Assembly (NCBI GenBank): GCA_964627295.1
Contig: CAZVJJ010000003.1
Coordinates: 6,022-70,021 of the forward strand
Length of the DNA: 64,000 bases
Direction: 5' to 3'
Origin: an uncultured Oscillospiraceae bacterium
GTDB lineage: Bacteria; Bacillota; Clostridia; Oscillospirales; Oscillospiraceae
The notes under the pieces are model-generated. The model searched no databases. It was given only the letters and a program-made list of their open reading frames with translations, and was not told where the DNA came from. The position numbers and the translations under genes are program-made. Shown one piece after another: positions 1-11,000 of the stretch; within the stretch, counting starts at the first letter, position 1; each line of letters begins with the position of its first letter.

Positions 1-57
1 CGATCTTACGAACATCACCAACGTGTTCATAAGGTCGCTTTTCTTTTTTCGATCCAT
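1..57 (-). CDS. Possible 5' end of a CDS running off the left edge (MDRKKKSDLMNTLVMFVRS...)
   Basis: 19 open codons from an ATG at 57, divergent from the PAP2 gene; too short to identify and the RBS spacing is poor. Confidence 0.3.
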   Translation of the reverse strand, partial: MDRKKKSDLMNTLVMFVRS

Positions 58-176
58 TCCCTCTGAAATTTAAGAAAATAACAAGGTTCTGTTCATAATT
101 TGCTCACAGTTTATTTGAAAGCTGTTCAGAATTCCATATTAAACTGAAATTAGCAACAAAAAGGGAGTGTTTGCCC

Positions 177-857
177 ATGAATCTTCCCGCGCCTGCGGTG
201 GACATCCGCGGATTTCGGCTAAGCAAGCTCAATACGCCAGAATATCGACATCTTTGGCTCATGCTCATCTGGCCTACATATATTCTGCGCTATATTCTCC
301 TTTCGATTTTTGTCCGAACTACAAATCCCCATGTCATCTACAGCACACTGGACGATTTTATCCCATTTACCGAGTGGTTCGTGATTTTTTACGTATGTTG
401 GTACGTTTTTATATTCGGAATGCACGTGTATCTTGCATTATTCGATGTAAAGACCTATAAACACTACTCGCTTTTCCTGCTATGCACCCTCACCGTATCG
501 ACACTTACGTATATTTTCTACCCCTCATGCCAAGAGTTACGCCCCACAAGTTTCGAGCACAATAACATATTTACATGGATCATCGGGCTGATTTATTCCG
601 TGGACAATAACCGCAATGTTTTCCCATCCGAGCACGTGATCGGCGCGCTTGCCGTCGTATTTGCAGGTGCGAACACAAAAACCCTCTCGCGTCCTGCTAA
701 AATCATCATTGCGGTGCTCGGGATCATGATCGCGCTTTCCACCGTGTTTATCAAGCAGCACTCCGTGCTCGACATATTCAGCTCCACCGCCCTTTGTGCC
801 GTGGCTTATATCCCCATATACATGATACCAAAACAGAAAACCCTCCGCAGAAATTAA
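177..857 (+). CDS. PAP2-superfamily integral membrane phosphatase/phosphotransferase (Aur1/Ipt1-like)
   Basis: Multiple TM segments, NVFPSEH and KQHSVLD PAP2 motifs; GGGAG RBS before ATG 177. Confidence 0.8.
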   Translation: MNLPAPAVDIRGFRLSKLNTPEYRHLWLMLIWPTYILRYILLSIFVRTTNPHVIYSTLDDFIPFTEWFVIFYVCWYVFIFGMHVYLALFDVKTYKHYSLFLLCTLTVSTLTYIFYPSCQELRPTSFEHNNIFTWIIGLIYSVDNNRNVFPSEHVIGALAVVFAGANTKTLSRPAKIIIAVLGIMIALSTVFIKQHSVLDIFSSTALCAVAYIPIYMIPKQKTLRRN

Positions 858-875
858 CTGCGGAGGGAATTTTTT
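837..875. terminator. Bidirectional intrinsic terminator between the PAP2 gene and the pilus operon
   Basis: Perfect 10-bp IR CCCTCCGCAG (841-850)/CTGCGGAGGG (858-867) flanked by A and T runs, between convergent genes. Confidence 0.75.
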
Positions 876-1512
876 ACTCTTCTGCGTGGTCACAGCGGAC
901 GGTTACGCGGCTTTTGCCACCGTAGGTGCAGGTAAAGAGGGTCAGCGGATAGTCGCTTGAGACCATTTCCTCGATCGCAGTCGGTGCAAGTGTCTCGATC
1001 GTCGCGACGCAGTACGAATGGGAATTTCCATCCATATCGGTGAAAATAATGGCATCTCCCGTATGCAGATCTTTGAGCTTGCCAAAATGGCTCGCATAGT
1101 TGTGCGCCATGATCACAAGATCATCGGCAAAAAGATTGCCCACATAGCGGCACGGCGAGATCCTAAGGCGGTCATACGACCAATCCTGCATGATCGGAAG
1201 CTCGAGCGAAAGCGAGGGGATCGTCAAAAATCCGATATAGCCATATCCATTGATGTTGCTCACGGTCATTTCACGCGGCGTTTCGTCCTGTTCAACGACC
1301 GATGAGATCGGAAGCGTCTCTTCCCCATAGAAGAGTGCCTCCTGCTTCTTCTCCTGCCGCTGCTGAATGGACACGACCATTTCAGACATCACGACTTCGA
1401 CCTGCTCCCCTGCCTCTGCTTGTTCGCGATAGTTATACACGAAAAAGAAAGCAGAGATCGCGATCAGGACACAGCCGAACACCATGAGAAACGCGTCAAA
1501 CTTACGCCTCAT
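874..1512 (-). CDS. Sortase (class D-like / non-C), second sortase of the pilus locus
   Basis: N-terminal TM anchor only, IMAHN His, LTLFTCT catalytic Cys, downstream Arg (KSRV); ATG overlaps the stop region of the upstream pilin. Confidence 0.85.
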   Translation of the reverse strand: MRRKFDAFLMVFGCVLIAISAFFFVYNYREQAEAGEQVEVVMSEMVVSIQQRQEKKQEALFYGEETLPISSVVEQDETPREMTVSNINGYGYIGFLTIPSLSLELPIMQDWSYDRLRISPCRYVGNLFADDLVIMAHNYASHFGKLKDLHTGDAIIFTDMDGNSHSYCVATIETLAPTAIEEMVSSDYPLTLFTCTYGGKSRVTVRCDHAEE

Positions 1513-2419
1513 TGTCGTTCTTTTTCTCCGAACGGTGCAGACACCAGCCAAGCACGAAAACCGCAATGCCTGCAACCGCGAATACAGGCACAGGCCAATT
1601 CATCTGACCCGTCTGAGGGATCTTCGGAACAGTTGTACCCGTCGTAGAAGATTCGGTGGTTTCTTCGGTCGTTTCTTCCGTCGTCGGTGCAGTTGTTTCC
1701 TCTGTAGTAGGCGCAGTCGTTTCCTCGGTGGTCGGAGCAGTCGTTTCCTCGGTGGTAGGAGCAGTCGTCTCTTCCGTTGTCGGAGCAGTTGTTTCCTCGG
1801 TGGTCGGTGCTGTCGTCTCCTCGGTGGTCGGAGCGGTCGTCTCCTCAGTAGTCGGTGCTGTCGTCTCCTCAGTGGTCGGCGTAGTTGTTTCCTCGGTCGT
1901 TTCCGTCGGCTTCGGCTCAACAGCTACCTTGGGTGAAGCATCTACATCATACTTATAAACGCCGTTCTGCGAAGTAGGCACGGTCACAAGGAACGGAGAA
2001 AATGCATAGTATCCCTCGGCATTCGTCTCCTGCACGACGAGGTACAGACCAAGCTCCAGATCTTCAAACTTTGCAAACCCATTTTCGTCGATATTTTTGC
2101 GCGAACCCTCTGCGCCCTTGTTCGTTGCGACTTCAAAAAGGGATTTTGCAAGGCTGGGCGAAGTCAGGCTGTCGAGCGAAAGACCGCAACCAACGAATTC
2201 ATTCACGAATTTGAAATCGTAATCGGCATCCACGCAGATCACCTCCGCGACGCGGTAAATAGTGATCGTGCCACCTGCGACGGGCTTGCCGTCGTAGAGC
2301 ATATTGATGCTGATCGAGCCGTCACGGCTCATATCGATCTGATCGACAGCAAAAGCCGCAAGTGCGAACTGCATCAAAATCAGGACTGCACAAAGGATGG
2401 TGAAAATTTTACGTTTCAT
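1502..2419 (-). CDS. Minor (probable basal) pilin: single CnaB/SpaA-like domain, Thr/Glu/Pro linker, IPQTG sorting signal
   Basis: Signal peptide ending AAFA, GLYLVVQE E-box-like segment, DASPK Lys, TEETTAPT repeats, IPQTGQMNWP + TM + basic tail. Confidence 0.8.
   Translation of the reverse strand: MKRKIFTILCAVLILMQFALAAFAVDQIDMSRDGSISINMLYDGKPVAGGTITIYRVAEVICVDADYDFKFVNEFVGCGLSLDSLTSPSLAKSLFEVATNKGAEGSRKNIDENGFAKFEDLELGLYLVVQETNAEGYYAFSPFLVTVPTSQNGVYKYDVDASPKVAVEPKPTETTEETTTPTTEETTAPTTEETTAPTTEETTAPTTEETTAPTTEETTAPTTEETTAPTTEETTAPTTEETTAPTTEETTEETTESSTTGTTVPKIPQTGQMNWPVPVFAVAGIAVFVLGWCLHRSEKKNDNEA
1660..1905 (-). repeat. 24-bp coding tandem repeat, about 9 TEETT(A/T)PT units plus partial units
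   Basis: 24-bp periodicity at 1686, 1710, 1734, 1758, 1782, 1806, 1830, 1854, 1878. Confidence 0.95.
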
Positions 2420-2429
2420 GCGCTTCCTC

Positions 2430-3251
2430 CTATCGTTTCTTCTTTCCCGTGTACACGAGAAGCGTGATGAGCAGAATAATCAAAATCGGTGCGAGCACGA
2501 ACGGCGCTACGACCGTTTTGTCAATAATGATGGCGTCCGCCGTCACACGGACAGTTACTTCTTCTTTAGCGTTTTCTACGCGGTGGCCGCGAACGAGCAA
2601 CCGATGCGAGTTTACGCCATAGGGCGTGCACGTGACGAGCGTGCATAAATCCTCCCCCTCTTGGATGAGCAGTTCCTGCGTTTCGCTCGGCAGGACGATG
2701 CGGATCTGATCTACCTCATAGGTAAGCGTTTCGTCAAGTACGTGGAGCATGAACCGATCTCCAACAACAAGCTGATCAAGGTCGGTGAATAATCGTGCGG
2801 ACGGAAGTCCACGGTGTCCAGAAATGACGGTGTGGGTGCTCTCACCGCCGACTGGAAGGCTCGTCCAGTCGATGTGTCCCACAGCGACCTGCAAGACGTT
2901 TTCGTCCGTTCCATGATAAATGGGCATGGACGCGTCAATACACGGGATCTCGATGTAGCCCATGATGCCACCGCCCGAAACATTGAGCAGGCTATTGTAC
3001 TCTTCTTTTTGCTCATCCGTGAGGATGTAGCCATTGCTACGCTCTGCAAGCGAAGCGTTATACGCTTCCGCCGCTGCCCAGAGTTCATCATACATCTCAT
3101 TTTCGATGGATGAAACCTGTTCCATGTAGCTTGCAATGACTTTTGACTGCGTTTTCGAGTTCCAGAAGTCGGAAAATGTCGGGTACAGCAGCAAGGACAG
3201 CCCGATGAGGAAGATCACAATGAGCAATATTGTAGAGAAATTTTTCTTCAT
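2430..3251 (-). CDS. srtC: Class C (pilin-polymerising) sortase
   Basis: N- and C-terminal TM helices, SLPVGG..HTVISGHRG, TLVTCTPYGVNSHRLLVRG. Confidence 0.95.
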   Translation of the reverse strand: MKKNFSTILLIVIFLIGLSLLLYPTFSDFWNSKTQSKVIASYMEQVSSIENEMYDELWAAAEAYNASLAERSNGYILTDEQKEEYNSLLNVSGGGIMGYIEIPCIDASMPIYHGTDENVLQVAVGHIDWTSLPVGGESTHTVISGHRGLPSARLFTDLDQLVVGDRFMLHVLDETLTYEVDQIRIVLPSETQELLIQEGEDLCTLVTCTPYGVNSHRLLVRGHRVENAKEEVTVRVTADAIIIDKTVVAPFVLAPILIILLITLLVYTGKKKR

Positions 3252-3329
3252 AGGGTTCTCCTTGCGGTTGCGAGATATCTGTTCCCCCAGAGGGGAAGGC
3301 GTTTGCCCTCTCCTCTGGGGTGGGATGAA

Positions 3330-5009
3330 TTACTTTTCAGCACTCATGCGCTTCTTGGTGACGAGCAGGACTGCCGCACCGAGCATCAGGACTGCACCGA
3401 CAACGTAGAACATCGTCGTGCCGATACCACCAGTCGTGGGAAGCGACGCGCCCATCTTGTTGATGATAGTAATGGTTTTCGTTGTTTCAGCATCAAATGT
3501 GACAGTTGCGTTTGCCGCATCACCATCTTCCTTATGCGAAGCGGAGATCGTAACAGTAATCGGCTTTTCAAGTAGCTTGTAGCCAACGGGAGCTTTGGTT
3601 TCCTTGATGTAGTAAGTACCGTGGTCAAGACCGCGAATCTTAAACGTACCATCCGCGCCAGAAACCATAGCTTCGCCATCTTCCGTCTTGTCCAGAATCG
3701 GATAGTAAGCGTCATCGGTGTGTTTCTTAAGCTTCACTTCTTTTGTGCAAGCTTCATCGCTATACAGCTTGAATTCTGCACCTGCAAGTTCATTGCCACC
3801 ATCAGCCTTCTCACTATACTTGATAGCATTTGCGGTATAGGTAAAGACCCACACGCTGTCGTCGGGTGTCTGACCAAATGTTGTCTGTCCCTCACCGCTT
3901 GCATTCGGATTGTTGGAATACTGGAGATAAACCGTATTCTTATTGGTTGTATGACCATCCGCTACAGAAACTTCAGCATTCTCATTCAGGTGCGCGTTGT
4001 AGATGACCTCAATGGCAATCTCAGAATATCCAAACGTATCACCGCCAACGTGGGCTTTTACATCATCGATCGTCAAACTCCATGTCTGCTGACCATTTTC
4101 CTGATTATTCAAAATTCCACTCATCTTATAGCCATTATCATCGTCAACTTTACTAGGATCAACTTTGACAGTAACTGTTTCATTATTATTCTTTTTAACG
4201 ATAATATTTACAGAATCAATGCTCTCAAAGGTAACACCCTTGGACATGGTATCATGGAAGATAACGGAATAAGTATCATAGAATTTAAGGTCGGTATTTG
4301 CAGGAATTGTTGCGATCAGCTTGAACTGGAAGCTTTCGTTGATCTCGTGGTCAGCGCTCTCGCCCCAGTTATCTTCACCGGTTTTTTCGGAATCGGCGAT
4401 CTCATCCCACACCTGCTTATCGACGGTAGGAAGCGCGGACTTGGGATTGATGCGGATCGTGCCGCCATACTGGAGAATGTAAGCAGAGTAGGCATCATAC
4501 TGATTATCAAGCGTGCTAGTATCTTCAATAATCAGGAAGTAGCCAGCAGAAGTCGTATCCACATAGCTATAGTTGTTTTCGTCATTAAGCGTATGCTTAG
4601 CAGCATCTTTCAGCGCAGGCTTGAGTGCTTTTGCAATCGTCTGTGCATCGACAGTCTTAGAAAGCTCGGACAGAATCGCAGCAGCCTGTGTCGCAGAAAG
4701 GTTATCCCAATCAACAACTGTAGTGCCAGTATATAGCCCTTTCAATGCTTTGCTCAGCTCTGCTACGTCAACGCCATCGCCATAAGTGATGTTCTGGAAG
4801 TTGGTTTCCGTACCTTTGGTAGCAATTTTAAGCTTAAAAATCTGGTATGCGTAGTATGTATGTCCCTTATTATCGTTGTCAATGGTAATATGCGCTTCCG
4901 TGCAGTAGGAATACTCCCCCGTTGACTCTCCCCCGTTGTCTGCAAAAACTGCCATGGACAAAGACAGGATTAGGAGAAGAGAGAGGGTGATTGCAAAGAA
5001 TTTTTTCAT
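3330..5009 (-). CDS. Major (shaft) pilin, SpaH/EbpC/RrgB-like, isopeptide domains
   Basis: Signal peptide ending VFA, INPK pilin-motif-like Lys, YSNNP, E-box YYIKETKAPVGY, LPTTGGIG + TM + KKR; AGGAG RBS. Confidence 0.9.
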   Translation of the reverse strand: MKKFFAITLSLLLILSLSMAVFADNGGESTGEYSYCTEAHITIDNDNKGHTYYAYQIFKLKIATKGTETNFQNITYGDGVDVAELSKALKGLYTGTTVVDWDNLSATQAAAILSELSKTVDAQTIAKALKPALKDAAKHTLNDENNYSYVDTTSAGYFLIIEDTSTLDNQYDAYSAYILQYGGTIRINPKSALPTVDKQVWDEIADSEKTGEDNWGESADHEINESFQFKLIATIPANTDLKFYDTYSVIFHDTMSKGVTFESIDSVNIIVKKNNNETVTVKVDPSKVDDDNGYKMSGILNNQENGQQTWSLTIDDVKAHVGGDTFGYSEIAIEVIYNAHLNENAEVSVADGHTTNKNTVYLQYSNNPNASGEGQTTFGQTPDDSVWVFTYTANAIKYSEKADGGNELAGAEFKLYSDEACTKEVKLKKHTDDAYYPILDKTEDGEAMVSGADGTFKIRGLDHGTYYIKETKAPVGYKLLEKPITVTISASHKEDGDAANATVTFDAETTKTITIINKMGASLPTTGGIGTTMFYVVGAVLMLGAAVLLVTKKRMSAEK

Positions 5010-5062
5010 AAAAAATATCTCCTTTTCAAATAAGCGGAATTATTCGGCACGCTGCCGAGGGG

Positions 5063-8000
5063 TCAAGCCCCTCGACTGCGTTTTTGGGTGAAGCACAGAA
5101 GCATCGCGCATCCGACCATGAGCACCGTGCCCATAACCGTAAACATCTGCGTGCCGCTTCCGCCCGTTTTAGGTAGCGTGTAGATGTAGGCGTAGGAGTT
5201 GGTGACGGTGATTGTTCCAGTATTGGAAAGAGCCGCTTCATCTGCATCGGTAACAGCGGAAGGAAGCAATCCATTGCTGTAAGTTACCTTAAAGAGCTTG
5301 GAATCTAGTTCTTCGACCACATAGTAGGAATACTTAGCAACTACTAGTCCATCTTTCATTTCCCAAGCAGGAAGATTCTCCCACATGTGTTTCCAGTCCA
5401 CCTCTGCATTGATAGTGATCGGATTGCCATACTGGCTCGTCGTAGTAGCACCATCATTAACAGGTGTTCTGACCTGCATCAACTTAAAGGTGACATCACA
5501 TTGATCTGAATCACAAACATCGCCCCAAGTCTTTTGCGCAGTAACATCTAGCATTGGAATGCTGTTTGTAATCGTAACCGTGCCCTCTGTCATGAACTGA
5601 ACTGGAACTTGCTCGTTGCTATCAGCATTTGCCTGTTGGCTGGTCGTGTAGGTCTTGATATAGCCATTAGGTTCTTCAGCTACAAAGTAATAATAGTAGA
5701 ATTCCTTACCGTCCTCTTTACCAAACAGGGGCAGTTCGGTAAATGTATACTCGTAGCTTGAATTGGCGTGGATAACAATGGTTTTGTAAGGGACATAAGC
5801 GCCCGATCCGCTTACGACAACATTGTCATTTTCATCAAATTGAACATTGGGAACATCCGTTTTATTCTCGGTTTTGTATTGATAGAGAGTAAAACTGACA
5901 TCATGCGGCGTTGTTGCTGTTGCCCAGTTCTTTATGACCTTGATCTCACCGACACGCTTTTCCGTGTTTTCCATGGTGATCTTACCGTCGAACTCTTCTG
6001 TTTTCTCCCCGCCAACGGTGCGATATACCTTTTCAAACTTAGCACTGGTAAGCGTCCATCCTGTCAAGTTTTCCTTAACAGAATAGATGTACTCCTTGCC
6101 ATAGACATTGCACATGGGAAGATTTTCAATGGTAAGCTTCCAATCCTCACTCTTTTCGAGTGTGTACTTGCCGACCTCAGTTTTTGCACTTCCGACTGCT
6201 TCGCGGTAGAGCGTGATCTCGATATTTTCGGGAAGATCGCTACTGTCCGCAGAAATCGACTGTCCGTCGTAGCTAAGCCACGATTTTTCGATATCGAGTT
6301 TCGTGTCGATCGGCTCATTCTCAACGAAAATCGGACTTTGCAAGTATTGCAAGTTGAATATCTGCGCGGAAGAATCGCCAGTCTTTACCTTATCGATCAA
6401 CTTATTCAATTCTTCCTGTGTCTGCGTCGTATTGCCTTCATCAGGGAAGTAGAAATAATACTTCTGCGGTTTCGCAGGAAGAACATAACCATCAGGGGCT
6501 TTCGTCTCGGTGATGTAGTATAGCGTGTTAGTTGTGTAGTAACCCTGCTTGACATACTCATGCTTGACGGAGAAGAAACCATCTTCGTCAGACGGTAGCG
6601 CAACCTTGAAAATGTCACTTCCATTCGCGCTAACTTCATAAACGCTAAACTCAGCATTCTTGAGGCGGTAGGTGAAATCTCCCTGCTTAACCTTGTAGAA
6701 TTCAAGTGAGCCTAGGCTAGAAGCCGAACCAATGGGGATACTGGAATCCCACTTGACCCAATCATAAGAACTGTCACTAATGATATTCTCACCCTGTAAC
6801 TTGAAGCTATTGTTCACACTAAAGTTTACACTACTGTTGTTACCAAAGGAAAGATCATAGGTGTACGAAAGAATCAAAGCTGTTCCATCAGGGACAGTGC
6901 CAATCATGGTGTGCGTATGGTTCTTATTGGCTTCAATCGGCGTTTCGCTCGTGTACGTCCAGGACCAGTTTGCCGTAGGAACTTGTGAAACTTTCTTGTA
7001 AGTACCGTCCGTCTGTTTCTGGGCATACCATAGGATCACGGAAGTCGGTTTCAGAGTTGCAAGCAAATCACCATTATTCCCGTTTTCATAAGTAAGGATA
7101 TCCGTGAACGAAAGGGAATCACTATTCTGATTAAGATCTTTACCCTCACCATTTATTACAACGGTATAATCGATGAACGTGGTGCTCTGAACACTCGACT
7201 TGATGAGCTTTTCCTCATTTCCCGTCTTTTTCACAGTCTGTGTCTGCTCATCACTACCAATCGTATTTTTCCCGATTGAAAGAGATGCTTGGTTCTTAAA
7301 CGTTCCGATTTCTGTTTCATCATCCTGTTTTGTAAACGTAGCATCACTATCGATCGTGCACTCGATATAGAGGTAGATATACGTTCCTGCGGGGAAAGTG
7401 TTGTTAGAGAGGCCACATAGATATATCCTTTCGTTAATGCCGCCCTCTATTGCATGATCATTAGTAAAAGATGCTTTAATCTCAGCATCCGAACCAGTCA
7501 CAAACTGTGGCTCAACTCCGAACATCTTATTTTTTTCCGCTTTTGCTGATTCGGCTGTATAGCCAACGCCAACACTCTTTATCGTAAGCCCCGCAGGAAG
7601 TGTTTCATTGATTACGAGGAATCCGTCATTATTGTAATCATATCCATCTTCCAGATAAATACGAACAAACCAAGCAAGCGTATTGTCTTTCGCGTTATAG
7701 TTCATGTTCGTATCTACGCCAGTACCGTTGGAATCGTTCTTCGCATCGTACTTCAGAACAGCAACTTCGCGCTTGAGCGTCCACTTTTGGGTCTGGCTTG
7801 CCTGTTCCCCATCCAGTTCAGCAACATTCGTGAATGTGAACTCCTTGGTTGACCCCTCAGTTTCAATGTTATTCTTAATGAAATCGGGTTTAAGCTCACA
7901 CTTGATGGACAAATAGATTGTAATATCCTTATCAAAATTTTGAGCATCTTTGAACTGATAATCTGTGCATCGAGAAATATTGAAGATAACTTTCTGCCCA

Positions 8001-11000
8001 GCAATACTCTCTTCTGTTGTATAATTCTCTTTCGTGACATCAACCCTGATTGGCAAATTATCAATCCAACCTGTAAGTTTTGTAGGCACGCCTTTCCCTG
8101 AATACGAGTTCCAACCAAAACCAACATCTTTCACGACTAATCCATCTGGAATAAAATCGGTAACAGTAAGTGTACCGTCTCCAACTTTTGCATTTACTTT
8201 GATGAACCAGTCGATCGTACCGTCCGTGTTGTAGTTCACAGAAGTTTCCGTACTACCCGAACCGTTCATCTTGGAAATACGGTCGCCTTTGGTGATCCCC
8301 TCTCGATCATCCTCGTCGCCATATTTTACATAGTTGTAGAATGTAGAAGTTTCGTCATAATTCGGGGTCGTGGTATAAGTGATCTTAACACTCTCAGCTG
8401 TGCGTTCAACATCTTTCGTGAATGTCACTTTCCAACCATAGGCAAGATCATTTTCACCCAAAGAATCATTTCCTACCCAAGAATTGATCGACCAGTCAGA
8501 ATTCTGATTATCTGCAAACAGAATCTCAATAGAACCCTCGCCGAACTGTTCATTCAACTTGGAGATCAATGCCGTTCTTTGTGCGCTAGTGAGCCAATGC
8601 GTTTTTTGGATGCTACCATACTGTCCAGAAGAATAGTCCTGAATCTCCATACCAGCTTTGATGCCACCCTTAGGAATGTCAAAAACGATCGTCCATTCGA
8701 TATTTCCAGAAGCATCGAACTTCGCCGTTTTCTCCACACCCGCAGCAGGGATGGTCACGCTGGCATTCTCTTCATCCTTGTCGTCGTCCTTTTCAATCGT
8801 AACCTTATTGTTGACCGTTTGATTCTTGTTGGTCTGATCGTGGCTCGTGGAATAGGTAATGGTGTACTTGATGCAATTCTCATTATTATCACCACTGAAC
8901 AAGATTCCAGTTATATTTCCAGAATTATCCGTCTTAATGGTATAACCATTATTGGGAGAAATCGCAATATCCGCTTCTTTCAGACCACTAAACCAACTAT
9001 CCGTCAAGGTATAGCCCGCGATATTGTCGTTATTCTCATTGACGGTGATCGTCCAGTTGATCGTGCCCTTTGTCTGATCGTAGCTACCCGTTTTCTTGAG
9101 GAGCTTCCTATTGATGGACACGCTACATTCGCTTTCGTGCTCAATGTGTCCCTCGGTCGGGTCAGCAGAAACCTTGACCTTATTGTTCTGCCAGAACGCC
9201 GTACCGTTAGGAACGGTGACAGAATAGGTATAAGTGACCTCGTACTTCTCTCCTGCGTTCAGCGCTGGGAGTGTCATATCGAGCGTCTTCTTCTCATCTG
9301 TACCACCGAATTGACTATCAGACACAAAAACATCACTCTGATACTGATTATCCTTATACTTTTTCACAGTGATCGTGGGCGTGCCAAGCGTGAGGGTCGA
9401 ATCGTCATGCTTCAGATTCATCTCATCATGGAATTCAATCCCGTCACCCGTGCCGTTGTTCGACCAGACCGTGACTGTATAAGTAAGGGTCTTGTTTGTG
9501 GCATCGTAAGAGCCAGTCTTGGAAGAATGAATGTCCGTATTTGCGGTTTCATAATCGTTGTAGGTGATTTTTTCCTTTTCGATCTCGAAACTACCGTTTA
9601 CGACATCGTCCCAAGGAACAACGATATCCCCATTCGGTGTGAGCGCATCTTTGTCGATCTTGGCTTCAAACTCGAGTTTGCCTGTCGTCGGAGAAGTGTT
9701 ATTTGTAACAAAGTCAGCATATTCCGTCGTGTACTCGATCAAGACAAAATAGTTATCATTGTCATCTTTAATAAAGCAGAACTGAAATGCAGGTTTTTTC
9801 TCCTGCCCATTCTTTGTCAGATAATAATCATAATTTTCATCGTATGCATCCTGCCGCACATCCAGCTTTCCAACCGACATTTTATCTGCTAGAGGCAATT
9901 TATAATTCAGATAGTATGTTTGGTTAACCTTATCATAAAGCGTTCCATCTACAAGCTCATATTCAAGTGTCAAGCCCGAAAGGAACTCTTTGCCATCAAA
10001 GGTTGTCGTTTTAACCGATACATTGATTTTACTCGTACCAGTATAGTCTGACAGATTTCGATAAGCATTATCAGTTGTAGCCTCGCGGGGCATTGCAAAT
10101 GCAGAAACGCTTGCCACACACTCTGTTGTATGCGTATGCTCCTCAATCTCGCAAGTGAGTGCGCCGCGGGTGGTGGTGGTCTGGACGCAGTTGGCGGTAT
10201 GCTGATGCGCGATCACGGTGGGCATAGTGCACACGAGGGTACGCACGCCGTCCACATCTGCATAGCACGCGTCGGAATGGGTATGCAGAACGATCTCCTG
10301 CTGGGTGCAGGTGAGTGCGCCGCGGGCGGGCTCGGATGCTTCGTAGCATTCGTCGCTATGTGCGTGTGGCTCGTGACCGCAGACGTATTCCTCGCCATAG
10401 CACGCATCGCTATGGGTATGTACGTCGCCCTCTTCCATGCCGCAGACGAACTTGCTCTCGTAGCAATTCTCGTCATGGGTATGCGGATCAGATTCCTCGA
10501 GTTCGCAAACGAGCGGCTTTGTGTAGCATTCGTCGGTATGCACGTGCTTGCTCTCTTCGCAAGTCAGCTCGTAGCACTCGCGCGTATGCTCATGCCCCTC
10601 GACACCATCCATCTCGCAGATGAGCTCGCCGTAGCATTCGTCAGTATGCTCGTGCTTGCTTGCTTCGCAAGTAAGGATCGGCTCGCCATAGCAATCATCG
10701 CCATGGGTGTGTCCTGCGGTCTCGTCAAGATCGCACACAAGGACGTTTCCAAGGCAATCATCCGTATGCACGTGTGCCTCTTCCTCAGAAAGCTTGCAGG
10801 TCAGACGGCACGCATCGGAATGCGCATGCTCGTCCTCCTCTTTCTCGCAGATAAGCTTCGGCTCGGACTGGATGCTCTCATAGCATTCGTCCGTGTGCGT
10901 GTGGGCATAGACCTCGGGAAGCGTGCAGATCAGCGCACCGCTTTCGTCAAAGCAGAAGCTATCGTGCGTATGCACGACGGTGACTTCCTCCTTGCCACAA

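Noticed and set aside
1660-1905. Regular 24-bp repeats as a possible CRISPR array
   Set aside because: No spacers, variation confined to synonymous positions, in frame within a pilin, no cas genes.
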